DNA of 64,000 nucleotides, taken from positions 19,985 through 83,984 of the forward strand of contig CALRZV010000006.1 of assembly GCA_943372745.1 (NCBI GenBank), given 5' to 3'. Below the pieces are notes generated by a model. That model had not been told where the DNA came from, ran no database searches, and saw nothing but the letters and a program-made list of their open reading frames with translations. Shown piece by piece: positions 9,316 to 19,518 of the stretch (within the stretch, counting starts at the first letter, position 1; each line of letters starts with the position of its first letter). The position numbers were made by a program, and so were the translations under genes. The stretch comes from Bradyrhizobium ivorense (GTDB lineage: Bacteria; Pseudomonadota; Alphaproteobacteria; Rhizobiales; Xanthobacteraceae).

Positions 9316-10542
9316 TTACGCATCCATCCGCTTGAACACCAGTGTCGCATTCGTGCCGCCGAAGCCAAACGAGTTCGACAGCACGGCGCCGAGCTTGGCG
9401 TTGTCGATGCGCTTGCGCACGATCGGCATGTCGGCGAACACCGGGTCTAGCTCGGTGATGTTGCCGCTCTCGCAGATGAAGCCGTTCTGCATCATCAGCA
9501 GCGAATAAATCGCCTCCTGCACGCTGGTGGCGCCGAGCGAGTGACCGGTGAGGGCCTTGGTCGCCGAAATCGGCGGGCATTTGTCGCCGACGCCGAACAC
9601 CTTACGGATCGCCTCGATTTCCGGCGGGTCGCCGGCCGGGGTCGAGGTCGCGTGCGGGTTGATGTAGTCGATCTTGATACCGCCGGTGGTCGCCAGCGCC
9701 ATCTTCATGCAGCGCTCGGCACCTTCGCCCGATGGCGCCACCATGTCGTAGCCGTCCGAGGTTGCGCCATAGCCGATGATTTCGCCGTAGATCTTGGCAC
9801 CGCGTGCCTTGGCGTGTTCGAGCTCTTCGATCACCAGCACGCCGGCGCCGCCTGCAATGACGAAGCCGTCGCGGCTGACGTCATAGGGCCGCGAGGCCGT
9901 GGATGGCGTGTCGTTGTATTTCGACGACATGGCGCCCATGGCATCGAACAGCACCGACAGCGACCAGTCGAGTTCTTCGCAGCCGCCGGCGAACACGATG
10001 TCCTGCTTGCCCCACTGGATCATCTCATAGGCATTGCCGATGCAGTGGTTTGAGGTCGCGCAGGCCGACGAGATCGAATAGTTCACGCCCTTGATCTTGA
10101 ACCAGGTGGCGAGCGTTGCGGATGCGGTGGACGACATCGCCTTCGGCACCGCGAACGGGCCGACGCGCTTCGGACCTTTGCTGCGTGTGATATCGGCGGC
10201 TTCGACGATCGTGCGCGCCGACGGGCCACCAGAGCCCATGATGATGCCGGTGCGTTCGTTCGAGATGTCCGAGGGCTCGAGGCCGGAATCCTGGATCGCC
10301 TGTTCCATGGCGATGTGATTCCAGGCCGCGCCTTCGCCGAGGAAGCGCATCGCCCGGCGGTCAATCAGATCGGCCGCATTGATGGTGGGCGCGCCCTGCA
10401 CCTGCGAGCGGAAACCCAGCTCGGCATGCTTCTCGGCACGCGTAATGCCAGACTTCGCCTCATGCAGGCTCGCAAGCACTTCCTGCGTGTTATTTCCGAT
10501 GGATGAGACAATGCCCATTCCGGTGACGACAACCCGTCTCAT
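9316..10542 (-). CDS. fabB: Beta-ketoacyl-ACP synthase I
   Basis: MRRVVVTG start. SSACATS (Cys), INPHATST and TGHSLGA (His-His), SNSFGFGG. Follows fabA. Confidence 0.95.
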   Translation of the reverse strand: MRRVVVTGMGIVSSIGNNTQEVLASLHEAKSGITRAEKHAELGFRSQVQGAPTINAADLIDRRAMRFLGEGAAWNHIAMEQAIQDSGLEPSDISNERTGIIMGSGGPSARTIVEAADITRSKGPKRVGPFAVPKAMSSTASATLATWFKIKGVNYSISSACATSNHCIGNAYEMIQWGKQDIVFAGGCEELDWSLSVLFDAMGAMSSKYNDTPSTASRPYDVSRDGFVIAGGAGVLVIEELEHAKARGAKIYGEIIGYGATSDGYDMVAPSGEGAERCMKMALATTGGIKIDYINPHATSTPAGDPPEIEAIRKVFGVGDKCPPISATKALTGHSLGATSVQEAIYSLLMMQNGFICESGNITELDPVFADMPIVRKRIDNAKLGAVLSNSFGFGGTNATLVFKRMDA

Positions 10543-10635
10543 GATCGTCTCGCCCTCTGAATTCACGTTGTTGTGGACCTGGCGGCGTCCTTTTCGAACC
10601 CCGCCGTGAAATGCAGTCGCTGTTACATCGCCGAG

Positions 10636-11172
10636 TTACATGGCCGACTGCGTTGCGGCGGCGTCCTGCTTGAAAAGCCCGACCTTGAGATCCTTCGCCC
10701 GATAGATAATCTCGCCATCAGCGGAAAGCGAGCCATCGGCAATCCCGAGCCACAGTTTCGAGCGCATCACACGCTTCACATCGATCGTATAGACGACCTT
10801 CTTGACGTTGGTCAGAACCTGACCGGTGAATTTCAGGTCGCCGAGACCAAGCGCCCGGCCCGGACCAATACCGCCGGACCAGCCCAGAAAGAAGCCGACC
10901 ATCTGCCACATGGCATCAAGGCCGAGGCAGCCCGGCATCACCGGGTCGTTCTTGAAGTGGCAGGCGAAGAACCAGAGATCCGGATTGACGTCGAGTTCCG
11001 CCTGAATGAGGCCCTTGCCGTATTCGCCGCCATTGTCGGTAATGGCGGTGATGCGGTCGAACATCAGCATCGGCGGCAACGGCAACTGGGCATTGCCCGG
11101 TCCGAACAGCTCACCGCGGCCGCAGGCCAGCAGATCTTCGTAAGTGTAGCTGTTCTTTTTATCCTGGAGCAT
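10636..11172 (-). CDS. fabA: 3-hydroxydecanoyl-ACP dehydratase/isomerase
   Basis: Start reset to [41 protein letters not shown]. Confidence 0.96.
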   Translation of the reverse strand: MLQDKKNSYTYEDLLACGRGELFGPGNAQLPLPPMLMFDRITAITDNGGEYGKGLIQAELDVNPDLWFFACHFKNDPVMPGCLGLDAMWQMVGFFLGWSGGIGPGRALGLGDLKFTGQVLTNVKKVVYTIDVKRVMRSKLWLGIADGSLSADGEIIYRAKDLKVGLFKQDAAATQSAM

Positions 11173-11228
11173 ACCGGGCTTTCTGGGTCCATCGCTGTTG
11201 AATGGCTGACCAAATCCAAGGTCAGCCA

Positions 11229-11245
11229 AATAGAATTGTTCCAAA
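11229..11245. promoter_or_regulatory. ICE-like (Irr binding) motif in the fabA-irr divergent region
   Basis: AATAGAATTGTTCCAAA matches TTTRGAAYNRTTCYAAA at 15 of 17 positions. Confidence 0.6.
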
Positions 11246-11474
11246 TCGACGGGAACCTGCCCCGTCGTGGGGCTCTCTATCATACGCTCATGAGGCGGCA
11301 AAGCGGCGTATCATCCGCTTTTTACGACATAATTGGGTTTGCACGCGTGCTGCGGTGCATGATTGCCCCGCGCGCCAGGCCTAGTTGCGAAAATCTTGCA
11401 TCTGGAGCCCATAGTTTTTATATTACTAGGGAATTTGTACGTAGACTTGCGTTTGAAGCGACAGGAATACCGAC

Positions 11475-11972
11475 GTGGATGTGAGCGACAGCAGATCGAC
11501 AATGGATGACGCGACCGCGGTCGCCGAAATCAATCATGGTCGCCAGCCGGCTCTGACGGGTTGCCCGTGGCATGACGTCAACGAGATGCTGCAGTCGGTC
11601 GGCCTGCGCCCGACGCGCCAGCGTATGGCTCTGGGCTGGCTGCTGTTCGGCAAGGGCGCACGCCATCTCACGGCGGAAATGCTGTATGAGGAAGCCACCC
11701 TCGCAAAGGTGCCTGTGTCGCTGGCAACCGTCTACAACACGCTGAACCAGCTGACCGACAGCGGCCTGCTGCGTCAGGTCAGCGTCGATGGTACGAAAAC
11801 TTATTTCGATACCAACGTCACCACGCATCACCACTACTATTTCGAGAACAATCACGAACTGGTCGATATCCCGAACCAGAGCCTGGTCTTGACCAAGATG
11901 CCGGATGTGCCGGAAGGTTTCGAGATCAGCCGCATCGACATGGTCGTTCGCCTGCGCAAGAAAAAGCGCTGA
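11475..11972 (+). CDS. irr: Iron response regulator Irr (Fur family); exact start uncertain
   Basis: GCPWHD heme-regulatory motif, LRPTRQR, SLATVYNTL, HHH motif. Divergent from fabA. Confidence 0.95.
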   Translation: MDVSDSRSTMDDATAVAEINHGRQPALTGCPWHDVNEMLQSVGLRPTRQRMALGWLLFGKGARHLTAEMLYEEATLAKVPVSLATVYNTLNQLTDSGLLRQVSVDGTKTYFDTNVTTHHHYYFENNHELVDIPNQSLVLTKMPDVPEGFEISRIDMVVRLRKKKR

Positions 11973-12010
11973 GGCCTCACGGGCGCGCCGCGCCCGGTCC
12001 TGCACCCGTC

Positions 12011-12790
12011 CTATTTGCTGCGCTGGCGCCTTGTCGGCGCAGTTTGCGTTTGGGGGGCCGGCATGGCTGCCACGATCGCGCGCGCCAATGCACGACCGGT
12101 ACATGCGTAGCCCGCCGCAGAACTATGCAGACCGTCCCAGCTCGTGAGGTCTGTCCCGGATACACCGGCCTCGATGGCGCGACGCATCAGCGCGAAACGC
12201 GAAAACAGCGGCACATTGGTCTGTCTGGCTGCTTCGGTGATGCTGGTTTGCATCTTGTCGTAGTTCGAGGCCAAGATCACAGGCGCATATTGCTGGTCCA
12301 TCAGCACCACATCGACGCCCGCGGCCTGCAATTGCCGCACGCCGGCGACGATCGTATCGGTGAGTCGGTCGCTGCTCTGCAGCCAGGTGACGTCGTTGGT
12401 GCCGATCTGCCAGATCACGAGATCGGGCGTGTGCGCGAACACGTCGCGTTCAAACCGCGCGACGTTGCCAGGGATGGTGTCCGCATTGCGGCCGCTATTG
12501 ACGATCGCGACCTGCAGGCCCGGCATCAGGCGCTCCAGTTCGGACTTCAGCATGCCGGGATAAGTCAGCGCGGGATCGGTCTGCCACAGGCCGCGGGTGG
12601 AGGACGAGCCGATCGCGACGATCCGAAGCGTGGCTTTGCTGCGCAACAGGGCAAAGCTGCGAGACAATGGTGCTGCGTCGGTCAGGCGCTCCCCGGCAGC
12701 CAGGCAGCGATCGACGGCCGACTGCGCGACCGCCGGCGTCGCAAGGGCCAGGAGCAGCGTGCAGGCGATGGCCAGCAGGCCGCGGCGCAT
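12011..12790 (-). CDS. Secreted SGNH/GDSL hydrolase
   Basis: Signal peptide. IGSSST, NSG, QIGTND, DGLH blocks. Confidence 0.88.
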   Translation of the reverse strand: MRRGLLAIACTLLLALATPAVAQSAVDRCLAAGERLTDAAPLSRSFALLRSKATLRIVAIGSSSTRGLWQTDPALTYPGMLKSELERLMPGLQVAIVNSGRNADTIPGNVARFERDVFAHTPDLVIWQIGTNDVTWLQSSDRLTDTIVAGVRQLQAAGVDVVLMDQQYAPVILASNYDKMQTSITEAARQTNVPLFSRFALMRRAIEAGVSGTDLTSWDGLHSSAAGYACTGRALARAIVAAMPAPQTQTAPTRRQRSK

Positions 12791-12794
12791 CGGG

Positions 12795-13322
12795 TTAGTT
12801 CACCTTCTCATCGGCATAGACGCCCCACAGCCGCTGCTGCTCGATCCAGCCGTCGAAGCCGTTGCCGATCACCCGGCACCAGCCGTCCCTGCAGCGCTTC
12901 ACCTGAGCCACCACGCCGGCTTGGAGGCGGGCTGCAACGCTGCTCTTGGCGTCCGGGTCGTCATAGATCGACGCCAGGTCGTCCTTCTGCTTCATGGTCA
13001 CCACGGCGGTCCGGCGGCCCGACAGCAGCGAGTGATAGACCCAGCCTTCCGCGCCCTCGGAATCGCGCACCCGGCGCCAGTTTTCATATTCCGCGGTGAT
13101 CTCCACCGGAAGTCCGGACCGGGTGTAGACCCAGGCCACGTCATTATCCTTGGTTGGGCCGGCGCGGACATTCACATGATCGGATTTCAAGCTGACATAG
13201 CGCGGCACAGGCAAGCCGCTGGCACCGAGCGGGACGCTACTGGCTGCCAAAGCCGGATCGATCGTTGCGACAATGAGCATGACAGCCGCAAAACCCGCAT
13301 ACGCAAAACGCCCCGACGCCAT
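12795..13322 (-). CDS. Bacterial SH3 domain protein (two SH3b repeats); start uncertain
   Basis: PVPRYVSLK, VNVRAGP, ENWRRVRDSEGAEGWV, second repeat ending FDGWIEQ. Confidence 0.88.
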   Translation of the reverse strand: MASGRFAYAGFAAVMLIVATIDPALAASSVPLGASGLPVPRYVSLKSDHVNVRAGPTKDNDVAWVYTRSGLPVEITAEYENWRRVRDSEGAEGWVYHSLLSGRRTAVVTMKQKDDLASIYDDPDAKSSVAARLQAGVVAQVKRCRDGWCRVIGNGFDGWIEQQRLWGVYADEKVN

Positions 13323-13546
13323 CCACTCAACCTCGTCACAATCCATGTCTGTCGCAATGCACGCGTCCCGGAGGTTCTTGTTTCGGCCTTGTTCTCTGGT
13401 AGAGAGGACCAAGGCTGAAGACACAGGGCCAAGCCACCCGGTCGAGCGTCGGGGAACCCGAGGAAACGGTGCATTTGCGCGGCTGGCAGAGTTTCGATCA
13501 ACCGGGTTAATGCGGACTGAACGAACAAGGGGCGAGTGAGCAGGAT

Positions 13547-14551
13547 ATGACGGTCAAGAAAAAGCCCCTCGTTGTCGTCACACGCCGTCTGCCGGACTCC
13601 ATCGAGACGCGGATGCGCGAATTGTTCGATGCGCGCCTCAACGTCGATGATGTGCCGATGACCCGCGAGCAGCTCGCCGAGGCGATCCGCACGGCCGATG
13701 TGCTGGTCCCGACCGTCACCGACGAGATCACCAAGGATCTGCTCGAGCAGCCCGACTGCAAGATCAGGCTGATCGCCAATTTCGGCAATGGCGTCGACAA
13801 TATCGATGTCGCCGCCGCCCAGGCGCGCGGCATCACCGTCACCAACACGCCGAAGGTGCTCACCGAGGATACCGCCGACATGACCATGTCGCTGATCCTC
13901 GCGGTGCCGCGCCGCCTGATCGAAGGCGCGGCGATTCTCACGGAAGGCCGCGAGGACTGGCATGGCTGGTCGCCGACCTGGATGCTCGGCCGGCGCCTCG
14001 GCGGCAAGCGGCTCGGTATCATCGGCATGGGCCGTATCGGCCAGGCGGTGGCGCGCCGTGCGAAAGCCTTCGGGCTGCAGATCCACTATCACAATCGCAA
14101 GCCGGTCGCCCCGGTGATCGCCGATGAACTCGGCGCCACCTATTGGGATTCGCTCGACCAGATGCTCGCGCGCATGGACATCATCTCGGTGAACTGCCCG
14201 CATACGCCGGCGACCTTCCATCTGCTGTCGGCGCGCCGCCTCAAGCTGATCCGCAAGGACGCCTATATCGTCAACACCGCGCGTGGCGAGGTGATCGACG
14301 AGGAGACGCTCACCAAGCTGATCGAAACCGGAGACATCGCCGGTGCGGCGCTCGACGTGTTCGAGCATGAGCCGGCGGTGAATCCGAAACTGGTGCGTCT
14401 GGCCAAGGCCGGTAAAGTGGTGCTGCTGCCGCATATGGGCTCGGCCACCGTCGAGGGCCGCGTCGAGATGGGCGAGAAGGTGATCATCAACATCCGCACC
14501 TTCCTGGACGCCCACAAGCCGCCGGATCGCGTGCTTGCAAACATGATGTGA
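13547..14551 (+). CDS. D-isomer 2-hydroxyacid dehydrogenase (glyoxylate/glycerate reductase-like)
   Basis: GIIGMGRIG, VNTARG, DVFEHEP, LPHMGSAT. Confidence 0.92.
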   Translation: MTVKKKPLVVVTRRLPDSIETRMRELFDARLNVDDVPMTREQLAEAIRTADVLVPTVTDEITKDLLEQPDCKIRLIANFGNGVDNIDVAAAQARGITVTNTPKVLTEDTADMTMSLILAVPRRLIEGAAILTEGREDWHGWSPTWMLGRRLGGKRLGIIGMGRIGQAVARRAKAFGLQIHYHNRKPVAPVIADELGATYWDSLDQMLARMDIISVNCPHTPATFHLLSARRLKLIRKDAYIVNTARGEVIDEETLTKLIETGDIAGAALDVFEHEPAVNPKLVRLAKAGKVVLLPHMGSATVEGRVEMGEKVIINIRTFLDAHKPPDRVLANMM

Positions 14552-14562
14552 GCGTCGCTGCT

Positions 14563-14714
14563 GCCCCCACCCCGGCCCTCCCCCGCAAGCGGGAGAGGGA
14601 GCGATCGACATGTTGATCACGGTCGTGGCGAACCAAAGTTCGCGTTGAAACTTTGAAATCGCCAGGCACTTCGTAGCCCCCTCTCCCGCTTGCGGGGGAG
14701 GGCGGGGTGGGGGC
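14563..14714. repeat. Family A long inverted repeat (about 39-40 bp arms, 73-bp spacer)
   Basis: Arms at 14563-14602 and 14676-14714 are near-perfect reverse complements. Each contains the CCCGC-AA-GCGGG hairpin. Confidence 0.85.
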
Positions 14715-14736
14715 GCCCGCCCCGCGTGACGTCGAT

Positions 14737-15447
14737 CTACTTCAGCCGAAACATCAGATACGCCGCCTTGCGCCCCTCGCGTGTGGCTTTCCGGCCATAG
14801 CGTGTCATTGTGTAGTTCGGCCAAGGCAGCCGCCAGTCGTCGGCGCGTTCGGCCAGCCAGACGAAGGCCGGCGATCGGGTGACGTGCCACAGCGTCCAGG
14901 CGACGTAGCTTTCGATGTCGCAAACGAAGCGGAATTCGCCTTGCGGCACCAGCACCCGCGTCATCTGCGCCAGCGTCGCGTCCTGCACGAAGCGGCGCTT
15001 CCAGTGGCGCTTTTTCGGCCACGGATCGGGATGGATCAGGTCGATGCGCTTCAGCGATTGCGCGGGCGCCCAGTTCAGCAGCTCTGCGGCATCGCCGGCG
15101 ACAAGACGGATATTGCGGATGTTATGGGCCTCGATCTGTACAAGGATCTTCGCCATGCCGTTGATATAGGGCTCGCAGCCGATGAAGCCGATCTGCGGAT
15201 GAGCCAGCGCCTCGGCCACCAGATGCTCGCCGCCACCGAAGCCGATTTCGAGGCGAACGGCTTCGATCCCGCCATCGAAGAGCATGCGCAAATCGGCGGG
15301 GGCGGGTTGCGTGATGTCCACGGTCAGCGCTGGCAGCAGTTCGGCCATCAGCCCCGCCTGATGGTCGCGCAGCTTGTGGCCCTTGCGGCGCCCGAAGAAG
15401 GAGCCGGTATAGCGCTTGGATTCGTCGGTATTGTCGTCAGTCGTCAT
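14737..15447 (-). CDS. trmB: tRNA (guanine-N7)-methyltransferase
   Basis: LEIGFGGGE, GCEPY, HPDPWPKKRHWKRR, MTRYGRKA. Start reset to MTTDD. Confidence 0.95.
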   Translation of the reverse strand: MTTDDNTDESKRYTGSFFGRRKGHKLRDHQAGLMAELLPALTVDITQPAPADLRMLFDGGIEAVRLEIGFGGGEHLVAEALAHPQIGFIGCEPYINGMAKILVQIEAHNIRNIRLVAGDAAELLNWAPAQSLKRIDLIHPDPWPKKRHWKRRFVQDATLAQMTRVLVPQGEFRFVCDIESYVAWTLWHVTRSPAFVWLAERADDWRLPWPNYTMTRYGRKATREGRKAAYLMFRLK

Positions 15448-15519
15448 GGCGCGGTGATAGCGCCGAAAAGCGCATCGCGCCATCAGGACAATGACGAAAT
15501 AGCGGTTGATTCAGCCCTG

Positions 15520-15936
15520 TTACGTCGCGTCGGTCACTTCGCGGGCGGCGATCTGCTCGACGAGATCGACGATGCTGCGGCGGAGCTTGGAGTCGGAAAT
15601 CCGCGTGAACGCGCGCGTCAGTGCGAGGCCTTCGGATGTCGCGAGGAAATCGGAAACGTAAGTCGGCGATGCCGCTTCACTGAAACCATTGGCGGTCTCG
15701 ATTGCGCCCGGGCCGCCTTCGAACAGGAACGAGACGGGCACCTGCAGTATTTCCGAAATCTGCTGCAGCCGACTGGCGCCGACGCGATTGGTGCCCTTCT
15801 CGTATTTCTGGACCTGCTGAAATGTGAGGCCGAGCGCTTCGCCCAGTTTCTCCTGACTCATGCCCAGCATAATACGGCGCATGCGCACACGGCTGCCGAC
15901 ATATTTGTCAACAGGATTGGGCGCTTTCGTCGACAT
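15520..15936 (-). CDS. XRE-family HTH transcriptional regulator
   Basis: PNPVDKYVGSRVRMRR...SQEKLGEALGLTFQQVQKYEKGTNRVGASRL. Confidence 0.92.
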   Translation of the reverse strand: MSTKAPNPVDKYVGSRVRMRRIMLGMSQEKLGEALGLTFQQVQKYEKGTNRVGASRLQQISEILQVPVSFLFEGGPGAIETANGFSEAASPTYVSDFLATSEGLALTRAFTRISDSKLRRSIVDLVEQIAAREVTDAT

Positions 15937-16210
15937 CTCGCATACTCCTGGTCGCATGAGGGAGACGGAGCAGAGAAGACGTCCGTCGCAGATCGGCATC
16001 AGCGGAGAGCCGGCGGTATCCTAATAAACTATATAGCAGCGACGTAAATCTTCCTAAGAAGAAATAAGCGGCGGCGCGTGCCTAATTCCGGGACACTTGG
16101 GAAGTAAAACTAACAAAGCTATCAGCGAAAGCGTTTCATTCGAGACATAGCAACAATGGATGCAACGATCGAAGTGGTTTGCCGCACTTAGAAAACAGCT
16201 GAGATACCAA

Positions 16211-17818
16211 TCAGCTATGCGGTCGCATGCGACGCCGCGCGACGAAGATGATCGCAAATGCAACGGCGATCGCTGCAGGCAGATCGCCGCTCTTGGCGTA
16301 AAACGTGGGCCGAATTGCCGCAGGCAGCCGGGAGTCGAGCACGCCCTCAATGCCCAGACCCAGTTGATTGACGATACGGCCGACCGGATCGACGACGGCC
16401 GAGATACCGGTGTTCGCCGCGCGAACCAGCGGCAGCCCCTCCTCGATCGCGCGGGCCCGGCTCTGCTGCAGGTGCTGATATGGCCCGGTGGAGATTCCGA
16501 ACCAGCCGTCATTGGTGAGGTTGACGATCCAGCCCGGGCGATCGTTTTTGATCACGATGTCGTCGGGGAAGACTGCTTCGTAGCAGACCAGCGGCAGCAT
16601 CGGCGGTGCGCCGGGCACCTCCATCGGCTTGCGCCGAAGGCCCGGAATGAAGCCGCCATGCACCTTGGTGAGTTGCTGCAGGCCGATCTTCTCGAGCAGA
16701 TTCTGGAACGGCAGATATTCGCCGAACGGCACAAGATGCAGTTTGTCGTAGACCGACAGGAAGGTGCCGTCGTGATCGATCACGAAGATCGAATTATAGG
16801 CGCGGGTGACGCGCGTGCCCGCCGGCTGATCGGGCGGACGCACCGCGCCGGTGATAAGCACGGTGCCCTTCGGCAGTAGATCAGCGATCTGCGCCATCGC
16901 ATCGGCTTCGCGCGACAGGAAGAACGGAAAGGCCGACTCCGGCCAAATCAGCACATTGGCCGATCCAACGCCGCTGTTCTCGGGCCCGGTGGAGCGATCG
17001 GACAGCGCCAGATACTTGCTCATTACATCCGCCTTGGCGGAGTAGTTGAATCGTTTGTCCTGCGAGATGGCGGGCTGCATGATCCGCAGCTTCACATTGG
17101 CGACATATTGCGTCGGCGTCTGCGCGAGGCGAATGACGCCATAGATCCCCATCACGATCAGCAGCGACACGGCAAGCACGGGCGGCAGCCAGGGCCGCTG
17201 CGTGCGCGACGGGCTGTCGATCAGAGTCGCCGGCGCTGCAAACACCGCCACCGCCACGAAGGTCATGCCCCATAACCCGATCAGCGACAGCGTCTGTGCC
17301 AGCGCCAGCGGTTCGGTCAGGGCATAGCCGAATGCGTTCCAGGGGAAGCCGGTGAGCATGTGACCGCGCAGCCATTCGCCGACGGTGAGGCTGGCGGCCA
17401 GCGCCAGCACGCGCGAGGAATCCCGAGTCCACAACAGCCGCGCGACGGCAAAGCCAAGCGCTGTGTATAGCGCAAGATAAGCGGGCAGGCCGCAGATAGC
17501 CGCCGGCAACAGCCAGGCGAAGGTCTCGGCATCGACCAGGAAGGCATAACCGATCCAGTACAGACCCGGCACGAAATAGCCGAAGCCGAACCACCAGCCG
17601 GCCATCGCGGCCGCTGGAATGCCGCGCATCTTGCCGGCTGCTGCGCCGTCGATCAGCCAGACGGCGACCGGAAACGTGATGAAGAGGATCGGCCAGGCAT
17701 TGAAAGGTGCCATCGCCAGCGACGAGAAGGCGCCGGCGAAGAAGGCAATGGCGGCGCGCCGCCAGCCCCAGGCAAGAATGATGCTGAGTGCAATCTGTCG
17801 CAGAGGCTTGGGGATCAC
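16211..17818 (-). CDS. lnt: Apolipoprotein N-acyltransferase
   Basis: IWPESA, YDKLHLVPFGEY, PLVCYE, NDGWFG, RAANTGIS. Confidence 0.95.
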   Translation of the reverse strand: MIPKPLRQIALSIILAWGWRRAAIAFFAGAFSSLAMAPFNAWPILFITFPVAVWLIDGAAAGKMRGIPAAAMAGWWFGFGYFVPGLYWIGYAFLVDAETFAWLLPAAICGLPAYLALYTALGFAVARLLWTRDSSRVLALAASLTVGEWLRGHMLTGFPWNAFGYALTEPLALAQTLSLIGLWGMTFVAVAVFAAPATLIDSPSRTQRPWLPPVLAVSLLIVMGIYGVIRLAQTPTQYVANVKLRIMQPAISQDKRFNYSAKADVMSKYLALSDRSTGPENSGVGSANVLIWPESAFPFFLSREADAMAQIADLLPKGTVLITGAVRPPDQPAGTRVTRAYNSIFVIDHDGTFLSVYDKLHLVPFGEYLPFQNLLEKIGLQQLTKVHGGFIPGLRRKPMEVPGAPPMLPLVCYEAVFPDDIVIKNDRPGWIVNLTNDGWFGISTGPYQHLQQSRARAIEEGLPLVRAANTGISAVVDPVGRIVNQLGLGIEGVLDSRLPAAIRPTFYAKSGDLPAAIAVAFAIIFVARRRMRPHS

Positions 17819-18921
17819 GGCGTCCCCGCGCTGTCGCCGGAAGGAGGCGGCGTCACGGCGTCACTGGGCTGCGCCGCGGCGGTGTCGGCTGCGGCGCCGC
17901 GCTTGCGCGGTTCTCGCACGCGCGGAGCGGGGCGCTCCTTGCGCGGGCCGATGCGCAAACGCTTGACGCGGCGCGGATCGGCGTCGAGCACTTCGATCTC
18001 GAACTCGCCGGGGCCGGCGATCACTTCGCCGCGCACCGGCAGGCGTCCGACATGGGTGACGATGTAACCGCCGAGCGTCTCGACATCCTCGCCGTCTTCG
18101 CCGGTCTCGAAATCCTGGCCGATCAGCTTGCGCGCATCTTCGAGGCTGGTGCGGGCATCGGCGATGAAATAGTCGCCCTGCTTGACGATGGAGGGCGGCT
18201 CCTCGCTGTCATGCTCGTCGTCGATCTCGCCGACGATCTGCTCGACGATATCCTCGATGGAGACGAGACCGTCGGTGCCGCCATATTCGTCCACCACCAG
18301 CGCCAGATGCAGCCGCGCGGCCTGCATCTGTGCCAGCAGGTCGATGGCGCGCATCGATGGCGGCACATAGAGCAGCTTGCGGATGATTCCGGTCTCGATC
18401 AGCGGCTGGGCGAGATCGACGAGGCGGAGGTCGAGGCCGGCCGGCAGCGGCTTCTTGCGCTTCGCCGGAGCCGGCTTCGGCTCGCTGCGCGACTTGATGG
18501 TCATGTAGCCGAGCATGTCGCGGATGTGCACGATGCCGACGGGGTCGTCGAGCGTCTCGTTATAGACCACGAGGCGTGAGTGGCCGGCGCTTTCGAAAAG
18601 GCACATCAATTCCGCCAGCGGGATATCCTGCTTCACAGCCACGATATCCGAGCGATGCACCATCACGTCGGCGATGCGCCGTTCGTTGAGGCCGAGAATG
18701 TTGCGCAACATGGTGCGCTCGACCGTGGAAAATCCGGTCTCGTCCGGCGCCGACGCGTCGAGCACAACCTGCAGATCGGCACGCACCGATCCGGTCTTCC
18801 ATCCGAACAGCGAGCGGATCGCACGCGTCAGCCAGTTGTCGGCGGCAGGGCGCATGACCTCGCCGTTATGCACAACGGCCGGCAGATTGCTCGAATTGTC
18901 GTTACTATCGCCCTCCGGCAT
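17815..18921 (-). CDS. CBS-pair/CorC-HlyC transporter-associated protein
   Basis: SGHSRL, VVDEYGGTDGLVSIEDIVEQIVGEI, C-terminal CorC domain. Located in the ybeY-lnt operon. Confidence 0.92.
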   Translation of the reverse strand: MPEGDSNDNSSNLPAVVHNGEVMRPAADNWLTRAIRSLFGWKTGSVRADLQVVLDASAPDETGFSTVERTMLRNILGLNERRIADVMVHRSDIVAVKQDIPLAELMCLFESAGHSRLVVYNETLDDPVGIVHIRDMLGYMTIKSRSEPKPAPAKRKKPLPAGLDLRLVDLAQPLIETGIIRKLLYVPPSMRAIDLLAQMQAARLHLALVVDEYGGTDGLVSIEDIVEQIVGEIDDEHDSEEPPSIVKQGDYFIADARTSLEDARKLIGQDFETGEDGEDVETLGGYIVTHVGRLPVRGEVIAGPGEFEIEVLDADPRRVKRLRIGPRKERPAPRVREPRKRGAAADTAAAQPSDAVTPPPSGDSAGTP

Positions 18922-18922
18922 G

Positions 18923-19453
18923 TCAGGTCACCTTGTCCTGATCTGTATGAGGATCGCGATCCGCATAGGGATCGGGGATGCCGAGCGTCAAAAGAATCTC
19001 GCGCTCCAGCTGCTCCATGTCTTCGGCGGCGGCATCGTTCTCGTGATCGTAGCCGACCAGATGCAGGAAACCGTGCACGGCCAGATGGCTGAGATGGTTC
19101 GCGAACGGCTTCTCTTCGTTATCCGCCTCGCGGCGCGTGGTCTGATAGGCAATCGCGATGTCGCCGAGCATGCGCGGCATGTCGTCGGGCACCGCCGCGC
19201 CTTCCGGCGGCTGCAAGGCAGGGAAGGACAGCACGTTGGTCGCCTTGTCGATGCCGCGCCAGTTGTTGTTCAGGGTGCGGATGCCGGCATCGTCGGTGAG
19301 CATGACCGCCAGTTCGGCATCGGCGGTGTCGTCTTTCACCATAGCGGACGCGGCCTCGATGGCGCGATGTATGATCGCGTCGGCATCGGCCTCGGCGGAC
19401 CAGCAATCGGCGACGACGAGAACCTCGGTCGCAGGTGGGATGTGGTTGGTCAT
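18923..19453 (-). CDS. ybeY: rRNA maturation endoribonuclease YbeY
   Basis: TNVLSFP, LGDIAI, HGFLHLVGYDH. Confidence 0.96.
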   Translation of the reverse strand: MTNHIPPATEVLVVADCWSAEADADAIIHRAIEAASAMVKDDTADAELAVMLTDDAGIRTLNNNWRGIDKATNVLSFPALQPPEGAAVPDDMPRMLGDIAIAYQTTRREADNEEKPFANHLSHLAVHGFLHLVGYDHENDAAAEDMEQLEREILLTLGIPDPYADRDPHTDQDKVT

Positions 19454-19518
19454 AGGGTGATGGTGTTTCTCATCGGCGCATCATATCGCAGATCCGCCGT
19501 TCGTTCTGGTTGATAGCT

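Noticed and set aside
13453-13477. GGAAC upstream of the 2-hydroxyacid dehydrogenase (also at 30888 and 45984)
   Set aside because: No CGTT at 16-17 nt spacing, so not EcfG promoters.
13187-16047. Long ORFs 13187-15022 (-) and 14707-16047 (+)
   Set aside because: They overlap well-supported genes on the other strand or frame and run through repeats.
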